From an uncultured Prevotellaceae bacterium (GTDB lineage: Bacteria > Bacteroidota > Bacteroidia > Bacteroidales > Bacteroidaceae), in the NCBI GenBank assembly GCA_902770845.1, contig CACXUV010000003.1, positions 1,298-65,297 on the forward strand: a stretch of DNA of 64,000 nucleotides, in the 5' to 3' direction. The notes beneath the pieces are model-generated. The model was not told the DNA's origin. It ran no database searches and saw nothing but the letters and a program-made list of their open reading frames with translations. The position numbers were made by a program, and so were the translations under genes. Positions within the stretch are counted from its first letter, which is position 1, and every line of letters starts with the position of its first letter. Positions 42,259 through 51,451 of the stretch are shown here, in pieces.

Positions 42259-42530
42259 TTGTCAAGTGACTGCATGAAAGATTCGAAACTACTAAGGTCG
42301 AGTGGTTGCAGTTCGTTCGGATCAAAGTTCTCCAGTTCTACACCAGACTGACATTCCTTCATTGCAGCCAGCGTTTCTGCATTGGGCTCATTATACAGCA
42401 ACTTCAACAGAGCAACTTCCACAAGGTTGTTCACACTGCGGTGCTGTCTCCTGGCCTCAGTCTTCAACCCTTCAAGCAGATAACTGGGAAGGCGGAAAGA
42501 CGCTGCTTTACGCTTAATCGTTGTTGCCAT
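42255..42530 (-). CDS. Cognate antitoxin (ribbon-helix-helix, DinJ/RelB-like C-terminus)
   Basis: SFRLP...RSVNNLVE RHH and PNAETLAAM motif; 4-bp overlap with the toxin. Confidence 0.85.
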   Translation of the reverse strand: MATTIKRKAASFRLPSYLLEGLKTEARRQHRSVNNLVEVALLKLLYNEPNAETLAAMKECQSGVELENFDPNELQPLDLSSFESFMQSLDK

Positions 42531-42669
42531 ATCTTTTTGTATTACATGTTAATTACACTTGTATTGCACTTTGCGATGCAAAGATAAGCATATTTGCTGA
42601 CATATCCAAACTTTTATGCAGATTTTTCCATCCCTCTATTAGGATCATTCTCAAACACTTACAATTGTA

Positions 42670-42742
42670 AGGTACTGACAATCAGACAGTAAAAAAGGGA
42701 ACCGATTGGGTTCCCTTTTTACGATACTTGCGGAGAGTGAGG
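42670..42742. repeat. Direct repeat copy 2
   Basis: Matches 41770-41842; includes the aaaaaagggaacc-gatt-gggttccctttt terminator hairpin. Confidence 0.92.
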
Positions 42743-42818
42743 GATTCAAACCCCCGATACCCGAAAGGGGTATACCGGATTTCGAGTCCAGCGCGATCGA
42801 TCACTCTGCCAACTCTCC
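42731..42818 (-). tRNA. tRNA-Ser(CGA)
   Basis: Acceptor stem GGAGAGT/ACTCTCC-G, anticodon loop CT-CGA-AA, long variable arm ataccc/gggtat, T stem GGGGG/CCCTC; TACCTTTG promoter at 42835-42842. Confidence 0.93.
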
Positions 42819-42926
42819 TTCGCCTTAGCGGATGCAAAGGTAACACTTTTTTCTGAAGCAGCAAAACTTTTCTGGAAAAATTTGTGCGGACAACAGAAAA
42901 AATGTTTCATCCGAAATGAGTGTTAC

Positions 42927-43658
42927 CTATTCTTCCTCGGGCTTCATGTTTGTATAGACGGTCTGAACATCGTCGAAGTCTTCAAGCTTCTCGACCATCT
43001 TGTCAATGGCTTCACGCTGCTCTGGGGTTACGTCTTTCAGGTCATTGGGAATGCGGGTGAACTCGGCACCTGTCACCTCGAAGCCATTTTCCTCCAGGTG
43101 TTTCTGTATGGCACTGAAGCTGCTGGGATCGCCATAGATGGTGATGCTGCCTTCTTCTTCGTCCTCGTCGAACTCGTCGTCGACGCCGTAGTCAATGAGA
43201 TCGAGAATCATCTCGTCCATATCCAAGCCGTCTTTCTTCTTGAAGGTGAACACAGCCTTGTGGTCGAAGAGGAACGACAGGGAGCCCTGGGTGCCAAGGT
43301 TGCCGCTGAACTTGTTGAACACGGAGCGAACGTCGCCCACGGTGCGCGTGGTGTTGTCGGTAAGTGTCTCTACGAAGATGGCCACTCCATGAGGGCCATA
43401 TCCCTCATAGGTCACTTCCTTGTAGTCGCTCTGGTCCTTGCCCATGGCGTTCTTGATGGCACGCTCGATGTTGTCCTTCGGCATGTTCTCGCGCTTGGCA
43501 TTGGCTATGCAGGCACGCAGTGCGGGGTTGTTTTCTGGCTCGGGACCGCCTGCCTTCACGGCAATGGCGATTTGCTTGCCAATCTTGGTGAACGTCTTGG
43601 CCATGTGGCCCCATCTTTTCAGCTTCGTAGCTTTACGATATTCAAATGCTCTTCCCAT
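42927..43658 (-). CDS. yebC: YebC/PmpR family protein
   Basis: MGRAFEYRK, NMPKDNIERAI, YEGYGPHG, TDNTTRT. Confidence 0.95.
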   Translation of the reverse strand: MGRAFEYRKATKLKRWGHMAKTFTKIGKQIAIAVKAGGPEPENNPALRACIANAKRENMPKDNIERAIKNAMGKDQSDYKEVTYEGYGPHGVAIFVETLTDNTTRTVGDVRSVFNKFSGNLGTQGSLSFLFDHKAVFTFKKKDGLDMDEMILDLIDYGVDDEFDEDEEEGSITIYGDPSSFSAIQKHLEENGFEVTGAEFTRIPNDLKDVTPEQREAIDKMVEKLEDFDDVQTVYTNMKPEEE

Positions 43659-43671
43659 TTTTTTTGTTTGT

Positions 43672-43815
43672 TCGGGCCCCCTAAAGTCAGGGGGGCGGAG
43701 GGTCTGAACAAGCGAAAATGCAAACCCGCCATTAAAGTGTTTGTATTAATATCTGTTTGAGGGGATGGGGTCTCTGCGCTTGTTCAGCCCCCCACCCCCT
43801 GTCTTTGGGGTCTGA
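43672..43815. repeat. Long imperfect inverted repeat filling the pheT-yebC spacer
   Basis: ctgaacaagcg (43704) / cgcttgttcag (43777) exact, with G-rich/C-rich extensions to about 45-bp arms. Confidence 0.7.
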
Positions 43816-43817
43816 GA

Positions 43818-46283
43818 TTATCTCAATTCTGCTCCCAGTTGTTTTTTCAGGTTGGCAATGAGTTTCTGCATGATGGCATCGATCTGCTTGTCGTTCATGG
43901 TCTTCTCTGTGTCCTGAAGGATGAAGTTGACGGCATAGGATTTCTTGCCTGCAGGGAGTTTGTCGCCTTCGTAGACGTCGAACAGCTCTACCGACTTGAG
44001 TAGTTTCTTCTCCGTCTGACGGGCAATCTGCTCTATCTGTGCAAACTCAGTGTTCTGATCGATGAGCAAAGCCAGGTCGCGGCTCACGGCGGGGTGCTTG
44101 GAAATTTCGGTGTAGAAGACCTCGTTCTTGCGGGTGGCCTTCATCAGCTGCGTCCAGTTGAGTTCGGCAAAATAGACAGGCTGCGTGAGGTCGAACTTCT
44201 TCAAGAGTGCTTTCGACACGATGCCCATCTCGATGAGTTTCTTTCCGCCACGGTTCTCCAGCACGGTGGCGGCGGCAAAGCTGGTGTTGTCGCTCTTCTT
44301 GGCTACAAGCATGCCGGGTTTCATGCCAATGCGCTGCAGAATGTTTTGCACATAGGCCGACAGCTCATAGTAGGTGGTGTCTTCGTTGGGGTGTGCCCAC
44401 GAGCCTTCCACTCGCTTGCCGGTTATCCAGATGCCCATGTAGTTTTCTTCCTTGTAGGCTTGCATGGGATTGTCGTCGCTGGCCTTCGCGGGGTCGAAGA
44501 AGTAGCAATTGCCAAACTCAAAGAAGTGCAGGTTCTGAGCCTTGCGCTTCACGTTGTGCTCTATACTCTCCAAGCCTCCGTAGAGCAGTGTCTGGCGCAT
44601 CACGCCAAGATCGCTGGAGAGGGGGTTCATGATACGAACCACCGTTGTATTCTCTGGAGCTGAAAGCTGGGCTTCGTAATAGGCTGTCTTCGAAAGCGAG
44701 TTGTTGAGAATCTCGTTGAAACCTGCACCCACCAGCTGCTCTGACACGAGGTTCTGCAACTTGTGCTTGCGGTCTTCCTCGGCCTTGATGACAAGACTTG
44801 ACTTGAGCTGGGTGGGTATTTCCACATTGTTATATCCATAGATGCGCAGGATGTCTTCCACCACATCGCAGGGACGCTGCACGTCGACACGATAGGCTGG
44901 CACCTCGAGCTGCAAGCCATCGGCATGCTCGCTGAGCACCTTTATCTCGAGCGACTCCAGGATGCTCTTGATGGTGTCGTGAGGAATGTTCTTGCCCACA
45001 AGCGAGTGCACATAGTCATACTTGAGCTCCACGCGTGGATTTTCGATTTTCTCAGGATAGACGTCGTTTATTTCCATCGACACCTTGCCTCCTGCCAGCT
45101 CTTTGCACAGCAGGGCAGCCTGCTTCAGGGCATAGATGACGCCATTGGGGTCGATGCCACGCTCGAAACGATAGGAGGCATCGGTGGAGAGGCCGTGACG
45201 ACGGGCCGACTTGCGAATCCAGGTGGGATGGAAGTAGGCACTCTCGAGCACCACATTGCGTGTGGTCTCATAGGTGCCGCTGCCCTTGCCGCCAAACACG
45301 CCGGCTATGCACATGGCGTCTTCGGCATTGCAGATGGCAAGGTCGCGCTCGGAAAGCTTGTGCTCCACGCCGTCGAGTGTCTCGAATGCGGTGCCCTCGG
45401 GCATGGTCTTCACCACAATGCGGTGGCCTTTCACCATGTCGGCATCGAAGCAATGCAACGGCTGGCCATAGGCCATCATGATGTAGTTGGTAATGTCGAC
45501 GATATTGTTGATGGGGCGCAAGCCAATGGTGGTGAGTTTGGTCTTCAGCCATTCGGGGCTTTCCTTCACGTCGCAACCGGTGATGCTCACACAGGCATAG
45601 CGCTTGCAGGCTTCGGTGTTCTGTATTTCGACCTCGATGGGAAGGTCGTGATTGTCGGCCACCAAGTCGCCATCCTCAGGGCGGTGCAGACTGGTTTCAT
45701 AGCCGTTCTGCTTCAGCCAGGCATAGAGATCGCGGGCCACGCCCCAGTGTGAGAGCGCATCGGCACGATTGGCCGTGATGTCGATCTCGATCAGCCAGTC
45801 GCTTTCCAGATGATAATATGCTGCTGCGGGCGTGCCCACAACGGCCTCGTCGGGCAGCACAATGATGCCGTCGTGCGATGTGCCCACGCCAATCTCGTCT
45901 TCAGCACAAATCATGCCGTTGGACTCTACACCGCGCAGCTTCGACTTCTTGATGACGAACTCCTTGTCGCCATCGTAGAGCACACATCCCAGGTCGGCCA
46001 CGATCACCTTCTGTCCGGCAGCCACATTGGGAGCACCGCACACAATCTGCGACGGTTCGCCCTTTCCCAGGTCTACGGTGGTGACATGCAGGTGGTCGCT
46101 GTTGGGATGCACATCGCACGTGAGCACCTGGCCCACATAAAGGCCCTTCAGGCCACCACGAATGGATTGTACTTCTTCCAGCGCGTCTACTTCGAGTCCG
46201 GTAGAGGTGAGCGCATCGCAAACCTGCTGTGGCGTAAGGTCGAAATCGACGTATTCCTTAAGCCATTTATAAGAAATGTTCAT
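43818..46283 (-). CDS. pheT: Phenylalanine-tRNA ligase beta subunit
   Basis: MNISYKWLKEY, IVCGAPNV, NNIVDITNY, RFERG, FDX-ACB C-terminus. Confidence 0.97.
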   Translation of the reverse strand: MNISYKWLKEYVDFDLTPQQVCDALTSTGLEVDALEEVQSIRGGLKGLYVGQVLTCDVHPNSDHLHVTTVDLGKGEPSQIVCGAPNVAAGQKVIVADLGCVLYDGDKEFVIKKSKLRGVESNGMICAEDEIGVGTSHDGIIVLPDEAVVGTPAAAYYHLESDWLIEIDITANRADALSHWGVARDLYAWLKQNGYETSLHRPEDGDLVADNHDLPIEVEIQNTEACKRYACVSITGCDVKESPEWLKTKLTTIGLRPINNIVDITNYIMMAYGQPLHCFDADMVKGHRIVVKTMPEGTAFETLDGVEHKLSERDLAICNAEDAMCIAGVFGGKGSGTYETTRNVVLESAYFHPTWIRKSARRHGLSTDASYRFERGIDPNGVIYALKQAALLCKELAGGKVSMEINDVYPEKIENPRVELKYDYVHSLVGKNIPHDTIKSILESLEIKVLSEHADGLQLEVPAYRVDVQRPCDVVEDILRIYGYNNVEIPTQLKSSLVIKAEEDRKHKLQNLVSEQLVGAGFNEILNNSLSKTAYYEAQLSAPENTTVVRIMNPLSSDLGVMRQTLLYGGLESIEHNVKRKAQNLHFFEFGNCYFFDPAKASDDNPMQAYKEENYMGIWITGKRVEGSWAHPNEDTTYYELSAYVQNILQRIGMKPGMLVAKKSDNTSFAAATVLENRGGKKLIEMGIVSKALLKKFDLTQPVYFAELNWTQLMKATRKNEVFYTEISKHPAVSRDLALLIDQNTEFAQIEQIARQTEKKLLKSVELFDVYEGDKLPAGKKSYAVNFILQDTEKTMNDKQIDAIMQKLIANLKKQLGAELR

Positions 46284-46418
46284 TTCCGATTTTTACTTGT
46301 TAAAAGTTACTCAAATCTATAGATTATTCGTGACCAATGGTTCGAAATCGGGCGCAAAATTACTAATTTTTTGCGAAACAAATGCAAGGTTGGCAAATTA
46401 TTTACAATAATAACGCGT

Positions 46419-47039
46419 TCATTCGATGCAATTCATCAGGAAATCGACGGCACCGTTGACTCCAAACTTGCGCACATTGAGCGTCACGTCATAGTTGCGC
46501 GCATCCTGCCAGTCGACGCCTGTAAACGACTTGGTGTAGAGCTCGCGGGAGAAGTCGTTATCTACAACCATGGCTGCGGCATCCTGGTCGGACATGTCAT
46601 ATTTTTCGGCTATGCGGCGCCTGCGGCACGTGTCGTCGGCATGCACGAATATCTTCAGGCAGTTGGGGTGATCGCGGAAAATGTAGAAGCCGCAGCGGCC
46701 AATGATGACACACGACTCCTGACTGGCTATCTGGCGAATGGCTGCCGCCTGAGCATCAAACAACTGTCGCGACGTGCTGTCGTGCTCCATTCCGCTGTAT
46801 TCGGCACCCGACATATAAGAACGGTAGAACTGTGTGAAGTCGTCGCGCCACAAGGGGTTGCGCGACTCTATCTTCTCTACGGCCTCTTCAACCATGTTGA
46901 ACCGGCGAGCCATCTCGTTCATAATCTGCTTATCGAGCAACTTCACGCCTAATCTGCGTGCCAACTCGACACCTATCTCATGACCACCCGTTCCAAACTG
47001 TCGGCTGATGGTGATGACAAATTTCTCTTCTTTGTTCAT
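46419..47039 (-). CDS. Cytidylate kinase-like family protein
   Basis: ITISRQFGTGG, SCVIIGRCG, NYDVTLN. Confidence 0.85.
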   Translation of the reverse strand: MNKEEKFVITISRQFGTGGHEIGVELARRLGVKLLDKQIMNEMARRFNMVEEAVEKIESRNPLWRDDFTQFYRSYMSGAEYSGMEHDSTSRQLFDAQAAAIRQIASQESCVIIGRCGFYIFRDHPNCLKIFVHADDTCRRRRIAEKYDMSDQDAAAMVVDNDFSRELYTKSFTGVDWQDARNYDVTLNVRKFGVNGAVDFLMNCIE

Positions 47040-47171
47040 AACTGCAATTAGGTTTAAAGGTTACTTGTTTGATGGCAAAGATACGGAAAAAATTTGGTAT
47101 TTCACATGATTTGCCGTAACTTTGCACCCAATTTCAAAAAAGAAAACAGGTAAAAAACAGAATATCACATT

Positions 47172-48491
47172 ATGCTTACACTGAAACTCATTACTGAGGA
47201 AACAGAACGCGTGATCAGCGGTCTGGAAAAGAAACACTTCAAGGGAGCCCGCGAGGCCATCGACCAGGTGCTGGCCGTCGACAAGAAGCGCCGCGAAGCC
47301 CAGCAGCAACTGGACAAGAACCTGAACGAACAGAAGCAGCAGTCGGGACAGATTGGACGACTGATGAAAGAAGGCAAACGCGACGAGGCCGAAGCCATCA
47401 AGGCCGGTGTGGCCAAGCTGAAGGAAGACTCGAAACTGCTGGAGCAGACCATGAACGAAGCCCAGGACGAAATGGTGCGTCTGCTCTGCCAGATTCCAAA
47501 CATTCCCTACGACGAGGTGCCCGAAGGCGCTGCCGCCGAAGACAACCACGTGGTGAAGAGCAACCTGAAGGAATGTACAGGGACAGACACCGTGGGCAAC
47601 TGGGACGTGAACCCCAAGCTGGGCATCGACAATCCCCTGCCCCACTGGGAACTGGCCAAGAAGTATAACCTCATCGACTTCGACCTGGGCGTGAAGATCA
47701 CCGGTGCCGGCTTCCCCGTATATATAGGAAAAGGTGCACGTCTGCAGCGCGCACTCATCAACTTCTTCCTGGACGAGGCCCGCAACAGTGGCTACACCGA
47801 GATCATGCCACCCACGGTGGTCAATGCTGCTTCTGGTTACGGCACCGGACAGCTGCCCGACAAGGAGGGCCAGATGTATCACTGCGAGGTGGACGACTTC
47901 TATCTGATTCCCACAGCCGAGGTGCCTGTGACCAATATCTATCGCGACGTGATTCTCGACGAGAAAGACCTGCCCATCAAGAACTGTGCCTACACGGAGT
48001 GCTTCCGTCGCGAGGCAGGCTCTTATGGCAAGGACGTGCGCGGACTGAACCGCCTGCATGAGTTCTCGAAAATAGAGATTGTGCGCATTGACAAGCCCGA
48101 ACACTCGAAGCAGAGCCACAAGGAAATGCTGGAACACGTGGAGGGACTGCTGAAGAAGCTGGAACTGCCTTATCGCATTCTGCTGCTCTGCGGCGGCGAC
48201 CAGTCGTTCACTTCGTCAATCTGCTACGACTTCGAGGTCTACAGCGAAGCACAGGGCCGCTGGCTCGAAGTATCGTCGGTCAGCAATTTCGACACCTATC
48301 AGGCCAACCGTCTGAAGTGTCGCTATCGCAACAGCGAAACCAAGAAGACCGAACTCTGCCACACGCTCAACGGCTCTGCCCTGGCACTGCCCCGCATCGT
48401 GGCAGCCTTGCTGGAGAACAACCAGACTGCTGAGGGCATTCGCATTCCGAAGGCACTGGTGCCCTACACTGGATTTGAAATGATTGACTAA
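47172..48491 (+). CDS. serS: Serine-tRNA ligase
   Basis: GTGQLP, LIPTAEVP, CFRREAGSYG, EVSSVSN, HTLNGSALA. Confidence 0.97.
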   Translation: MLTLKLITEETERVISGLEKKHFKGAREAIDQVLAVDKKRREAQQQLDKNLNEQKQQSGQIGRLMKEGKRDEAEAIKAGVAKLKEDSKLLEQTMNEAQDEMVRLLCQIPNIPYDEVPEGAAAEDNHVVKSNLKECTGTDTVGNWDVNPKLGIDNPLPHWELAKKYNLIDFDLGVKITGAGFPVYIGKGARLQRALINFFLDEARNSGYTEIMPPTVVNAASGYGTGQLPDKEGQMYHCEVDDFYLIPTAEVPVTNIYRDVILDEKDLPIKNCAYTECFRREAGSYGKDVRGLNRLHEFSKIEIVRIDKPEHSKQSHKEMLEHVEGLLKKLELPYRILLLCGGDQSFTSSICYDFEVYSEAQGRWLEVSSVSNFDTYQANRLKCRYRNSETKKTELCHTLNGSALALPRIVAALLENNQTAEGIRIPKALVPYTGFEMID

Positions 48492-48521
48492 GCACGTGCT
48501 TCAGTCATAGCAACAACACCG

Positions 48522-48570
48522 CAGCCAGCCATTTTCTCGCGAAAGAGAAATGGCTGGCTGTCTTTTTTCT
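48522..48570 (+). terminator. Intrinsic terminator after serS
   Basis: cagccagccattt ... aaatggctggctg followed by tcttttttct. Confidence 0.85.
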
Positions 48571-48650
48571 GTTGTTTGCAGGCATAAAACGCAAAGCTCT
48601 GCAACCAACTGAATTGTCGACCATATTGTTTTCGTTTTGTTTTCGCAGCA

Positions 48651-48752
48651 AAAACAAATTGTTTTTCCAGCGAAAACAAGTTGTTTTTCAGTTGAAAACA
48701 AATTGTTTTTTCCGTGAAAACAAATTGTTTTTCCAGGAAAAACAATGGTTTC
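48651..48752. repeat. 22-bp tandem array with palindromic AAAACAAnTTGTTTT core, 4.5 units
   Basis: Units start at 48651, 48673, 48695, 48717, 48739. Confidence 0.9.
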
Positions 48753-48982
48753 GGGAGATTTTCGGTGACTTTGCAAACGATAACATCGAAAACGAAGACA
48801 TGCAGACGGCATGAAAAAGAGAGGCAACCTGCAGCAGCGTTTTTCAGAAAAACAGCCACAATCATGAACTTTTTTCTAAAATATAATGCTATTTAAAAAC
48901 ATTTTGCTACCTTTGCAGCCAAATACGAAAGCAAATTGTAACAACAGACCCCAAAATTACAGAAATAACCAAACAAAGAGTC

Positions 48983-51343
48983 ATGAATAGAATCGTAAGA
49001 AAAGAGCAATTCTCGGAGAAAGTCTTTCTCTTCGAAATTGAGGCTCCGCTGATTGCCAAAAGCCGCAAAGCGGGCAACTTCGTGATTGTACGTGTAGGCC
49101 AAAAGGGCGAGCGCATGCCGCTCACTATAGCCGGAGCCGACGTGGAGCGTGGCACCATTACAATCGTTGTGCAGCAAGTGGGTCTTTCTTCCAAGAAATT
49201 GTGCATGCTCCAGGAGGGCGACTACGTGACCGACGTGGTAGGCCCGCTGGGCAATCCCACCCATATTGAGAACTTCGGCACCGTGGTGTGTGCCGGTGGC
49301 GGACTGGGCGTGGCTCCCATGCTGCCCATCATTCAGGCACTGAAGGCTGCCGGCAACCGTGTGCTCTCGGTCATGGCTGGCCGCAGCAAAGATCTTATTA
49401 TATTAGAAAATAAGGTACGCGAGAGCAGCGACGAGGTGATCATCATGACCGACGACGGTAGCTACGGCGAAAAAGGCGTGGTGACCGTAGGCATTGAGAA
49501 GTTCATTGAGCAGGAGCACGTCGACAAGGTGTTTGCCATCGGCCCTCCCATCATGATGAAGTTTTCGAACCTCACTGCCCAGAAGCACAACATTCCCTGC
49601 GAAGTGAGCCTCAACACCATCATGGTGGATGGCACGGGCATGTGTGGCGCCTGCCGACTGACCATTGGCGGAAAGACAAAGTTTGTGTGCATCGACGGAC
49701 CTGAGTTCGACGGCGCTCTTGTTGACTGGGACGAAATGTTCAAGCGCATGGGCACCTTCAAACGCCAGGAGCAGGAAGAACTGGAGCACTTTGAAGAGCA
49801 CCTGAATTCTGTTTCTGCAAGCAGCGACAGCACTGCTGTCCATTCCACCGACATCGTGATGGACAACGATCCCACCAATGACACCATCGACATTCTGACA
49901 GACCGCAACGCTGAATGGCGCAAGGAACTGCAAAAGTCGATGAAGCCCAAGGAGCGCACGCAGATAGAGCGTGTGGTGATGCCCGAACTGGACCCTGTCT
50001 ACCGTGCCACAACCCGCACGGAGGAAGTGAACATTGGATTGACAAAGGAAATGGCCATGACCGAAGCCAAGCGCTGTCTGGACTGTGCCAAGCCTTCGTG
50101 CGTAGAGGGCTGCCCCGTGAACATCAACATCCCGTCGTTCATCAAGAATATTGAGCGAGGCCAGTTCCTGGCTGCTGCCAAGGTGCTGAAGAACACATCG
50201 GCTCTGCCCGCTGTCTGTGGCCGCGTTTGTCCGCAGGAGAAACAGTGCGAGAGCAAGTGCATTCACCTGAAGATGAACGAACCGGCTGTGGCCATTGGCT
50301 ATCTGGAGCGCTTTGCTGCCGACTATGAGCGCGAGAGTGGCAACACATCGCTGCCCGAGATTGCTCCCAGCAACGGCATCAAGATTGCTGTGGTGGGGTC
50401 TGGCCCTGCCGGACTGAGCTTTGCCGGCGACATGGTGAAGAAGGGCTACGACGTCTATGTGTTTGAAGCCTTGCACGAAATTGGCGGTGTGCTGAAGTAT
50501 GGCATTCCCGAATTCCGTCTGCCCAACAAGATTGTGGATGTAGAAATCAACAACCTGGCCAAGATGGGTGTGCACTTCCAGACCGACGTGATTGTGGGCA
50601 AGACCATTTCGGTAGAGGAACTTGAGAAGCAGGGATTCAAGGGCATCTTCGTGGGCTCGGGAGCCGGACTGCCCAACTTCATGGGCATTCCTGGCGAGAA
50701 CTCCATCAACATCATGTCGAGCAACGAATATCTGACGCGCGTGAACCTCATGGATGCCGCCAATCCTACGACCGACACACCGCTGAACCCTGCCAAGAGC
50801 GTGCTCGTGGTGGGCGGCGGCAACACCGCCATGGACTCTTGTCGCACTGCCAAGCGACTGGGAGCCGACGTCACACTGGTGTATCGCCGTTCGGAAGTGG
50901 AGATGCCTGCCCGTCTGGAAGAAGTGAAGCATGCCAAGGAAGAGGGCATCAACTTCCTGACGCTGCACAACCCCATTGAATATATTGCCGACGAACAGGG
51001 TGCTGTGAAGCAGGCTGTGCTGCAGGTCATGGAGCTGGGCGAACCCGACGCTTCAGGACGCCGCAGTCCGGTGCCTGTCGAAGGCAAGACCGTGACGCTC
51101 GACGTGGATCAGGTAATCGTGGCTGTAGGCGTGAGCCCCAATCCGCTGGTGCCCAAGAGCATCAAGGGCCTGGAGTTGGGCCGCAAGAACACCATCGTGG
51201 TGAGCGAGGAAATGCAGTCGAACCGTCCTGAGATATTTGCTGGCGGCGACATTGTGCGTGGCGGAGCCACGGTCATTCTCGCCATGGGCGACGGTCGTCG
51301 TGCCGCAGCCAATATGGACGCCCACCTGCAACAAGCCAAATAA
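48983..51343 (+). CDS. NfnA-NfnB type fusion (PyrK-like FAD/2Fe-2S domain plus GltD-like domain)
   Basis: ERMPLTI, MVDGTGMCGAC, CIDGPEF then RCLDC...CVEGCPV, CGRVCPQEKQCE, GSGPAG, GGGNTAMD. Confidence 0.9.
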   Translation: MNRIVRKEQFSEKVFLFEIEAPLIAKSRKAGNFVIVRVGQKGERMPLTIAGADVERGTITIVVQQVGLSSKKLCMLQEGDYVTDVVGPLGNPTHIENFGTVVCAGGGLGVAPMLPIIQALKAAGNRVLSVMAGRSKDLIILENKVRESSDEVIIMTDDGSYGEKGVVTVGIEKFIEQEHVDKVFAIGPPIMMKFSNLTAQKHNIPCEVSLNTIMVDGTGMCGACRLTIGGKTKFVCIDGPEFDGALVDWDEMFKRMGTFKRQEQEELEHFEEHLNSVSASSDSTAVHSTDIVMDNDPTNDTIDILTDRNAEWRKELQKSMKPKERTQIERVVMPELDPVYRATTRTEEVNIGLTKEMAMTEAKRCLDCAKPSCVEGCPVNINIPSFIKNIERGQFLAAAKVLKNTSALPAVCGRVCPQEKQCESKCIHLKMNEPAVAIGYLERFAADYERESGNTSLPEIAPSNGIKIAVVGSGPAGLSFAGDMVKKGYDVYVFEALHEIGGVLKYGIPEFRLPNKIVDVEINNLAKMGVHFQTDVIVGKTISVEELEKQGFKGIFVGSGAGLPNFMGIPGENSINIMSSNEYLTRVNLMDAANPTTDTPLNPAKSVLVVGGGNTAMDSCRTAKRLGADVTLVYRRSEVEMPARLEEVKHAKEEGINFLTLHNPIEYIADEQGAVKQAVLQVMELGEPDASGRRSPVPVEGKTVTLDVDQVIVAVGVSPNPLVPKSIKGLELGRKNTIVVSEEMQSNRPEIFAGGDIVRGGATVILAMGDGRRAAANMDAHLQQAK

Positions 51344-51387
51344 AGCCATCGCTCACGCAAAGGAGCGAACAGGCCCACACATACAGA

Positions 51388-51430
51388 ATCCCCCGTCACG
51401 CTGCGACCGCAGCATGACGGGGGATTTTTT
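51388..51430. terminator. Intrinsic terminator between convergent genes
   Basis: aatcccccgtca-cgctgcg ... cgcagca-tgacgggggatttttt. Confidence 0.82.
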
Positions 51431-51451
51431 GGGGGAAGAACAGCATGAAGA

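Larger units (their letters stand above)
41770..42742. mobile_element. Integrase-less toxin-antitoxin islet at the tRNA-Ser 3' end
   Basis: Flanking direct repeats contain the tRNA 3' end; AT-richer interior; only a TA pair inside. Confidence 0.7.

Noticed and set aside
48651-48752. Possible CRISPR array
   Set aside because: Period is only 22 bp with 7-bp variable parts, and no cas genes are in the window.
48488-48896. Short ORFs with repeated EKQFVF/KTNCF peptides
   Set aside because: They are translations of the 22-bp DNA array.
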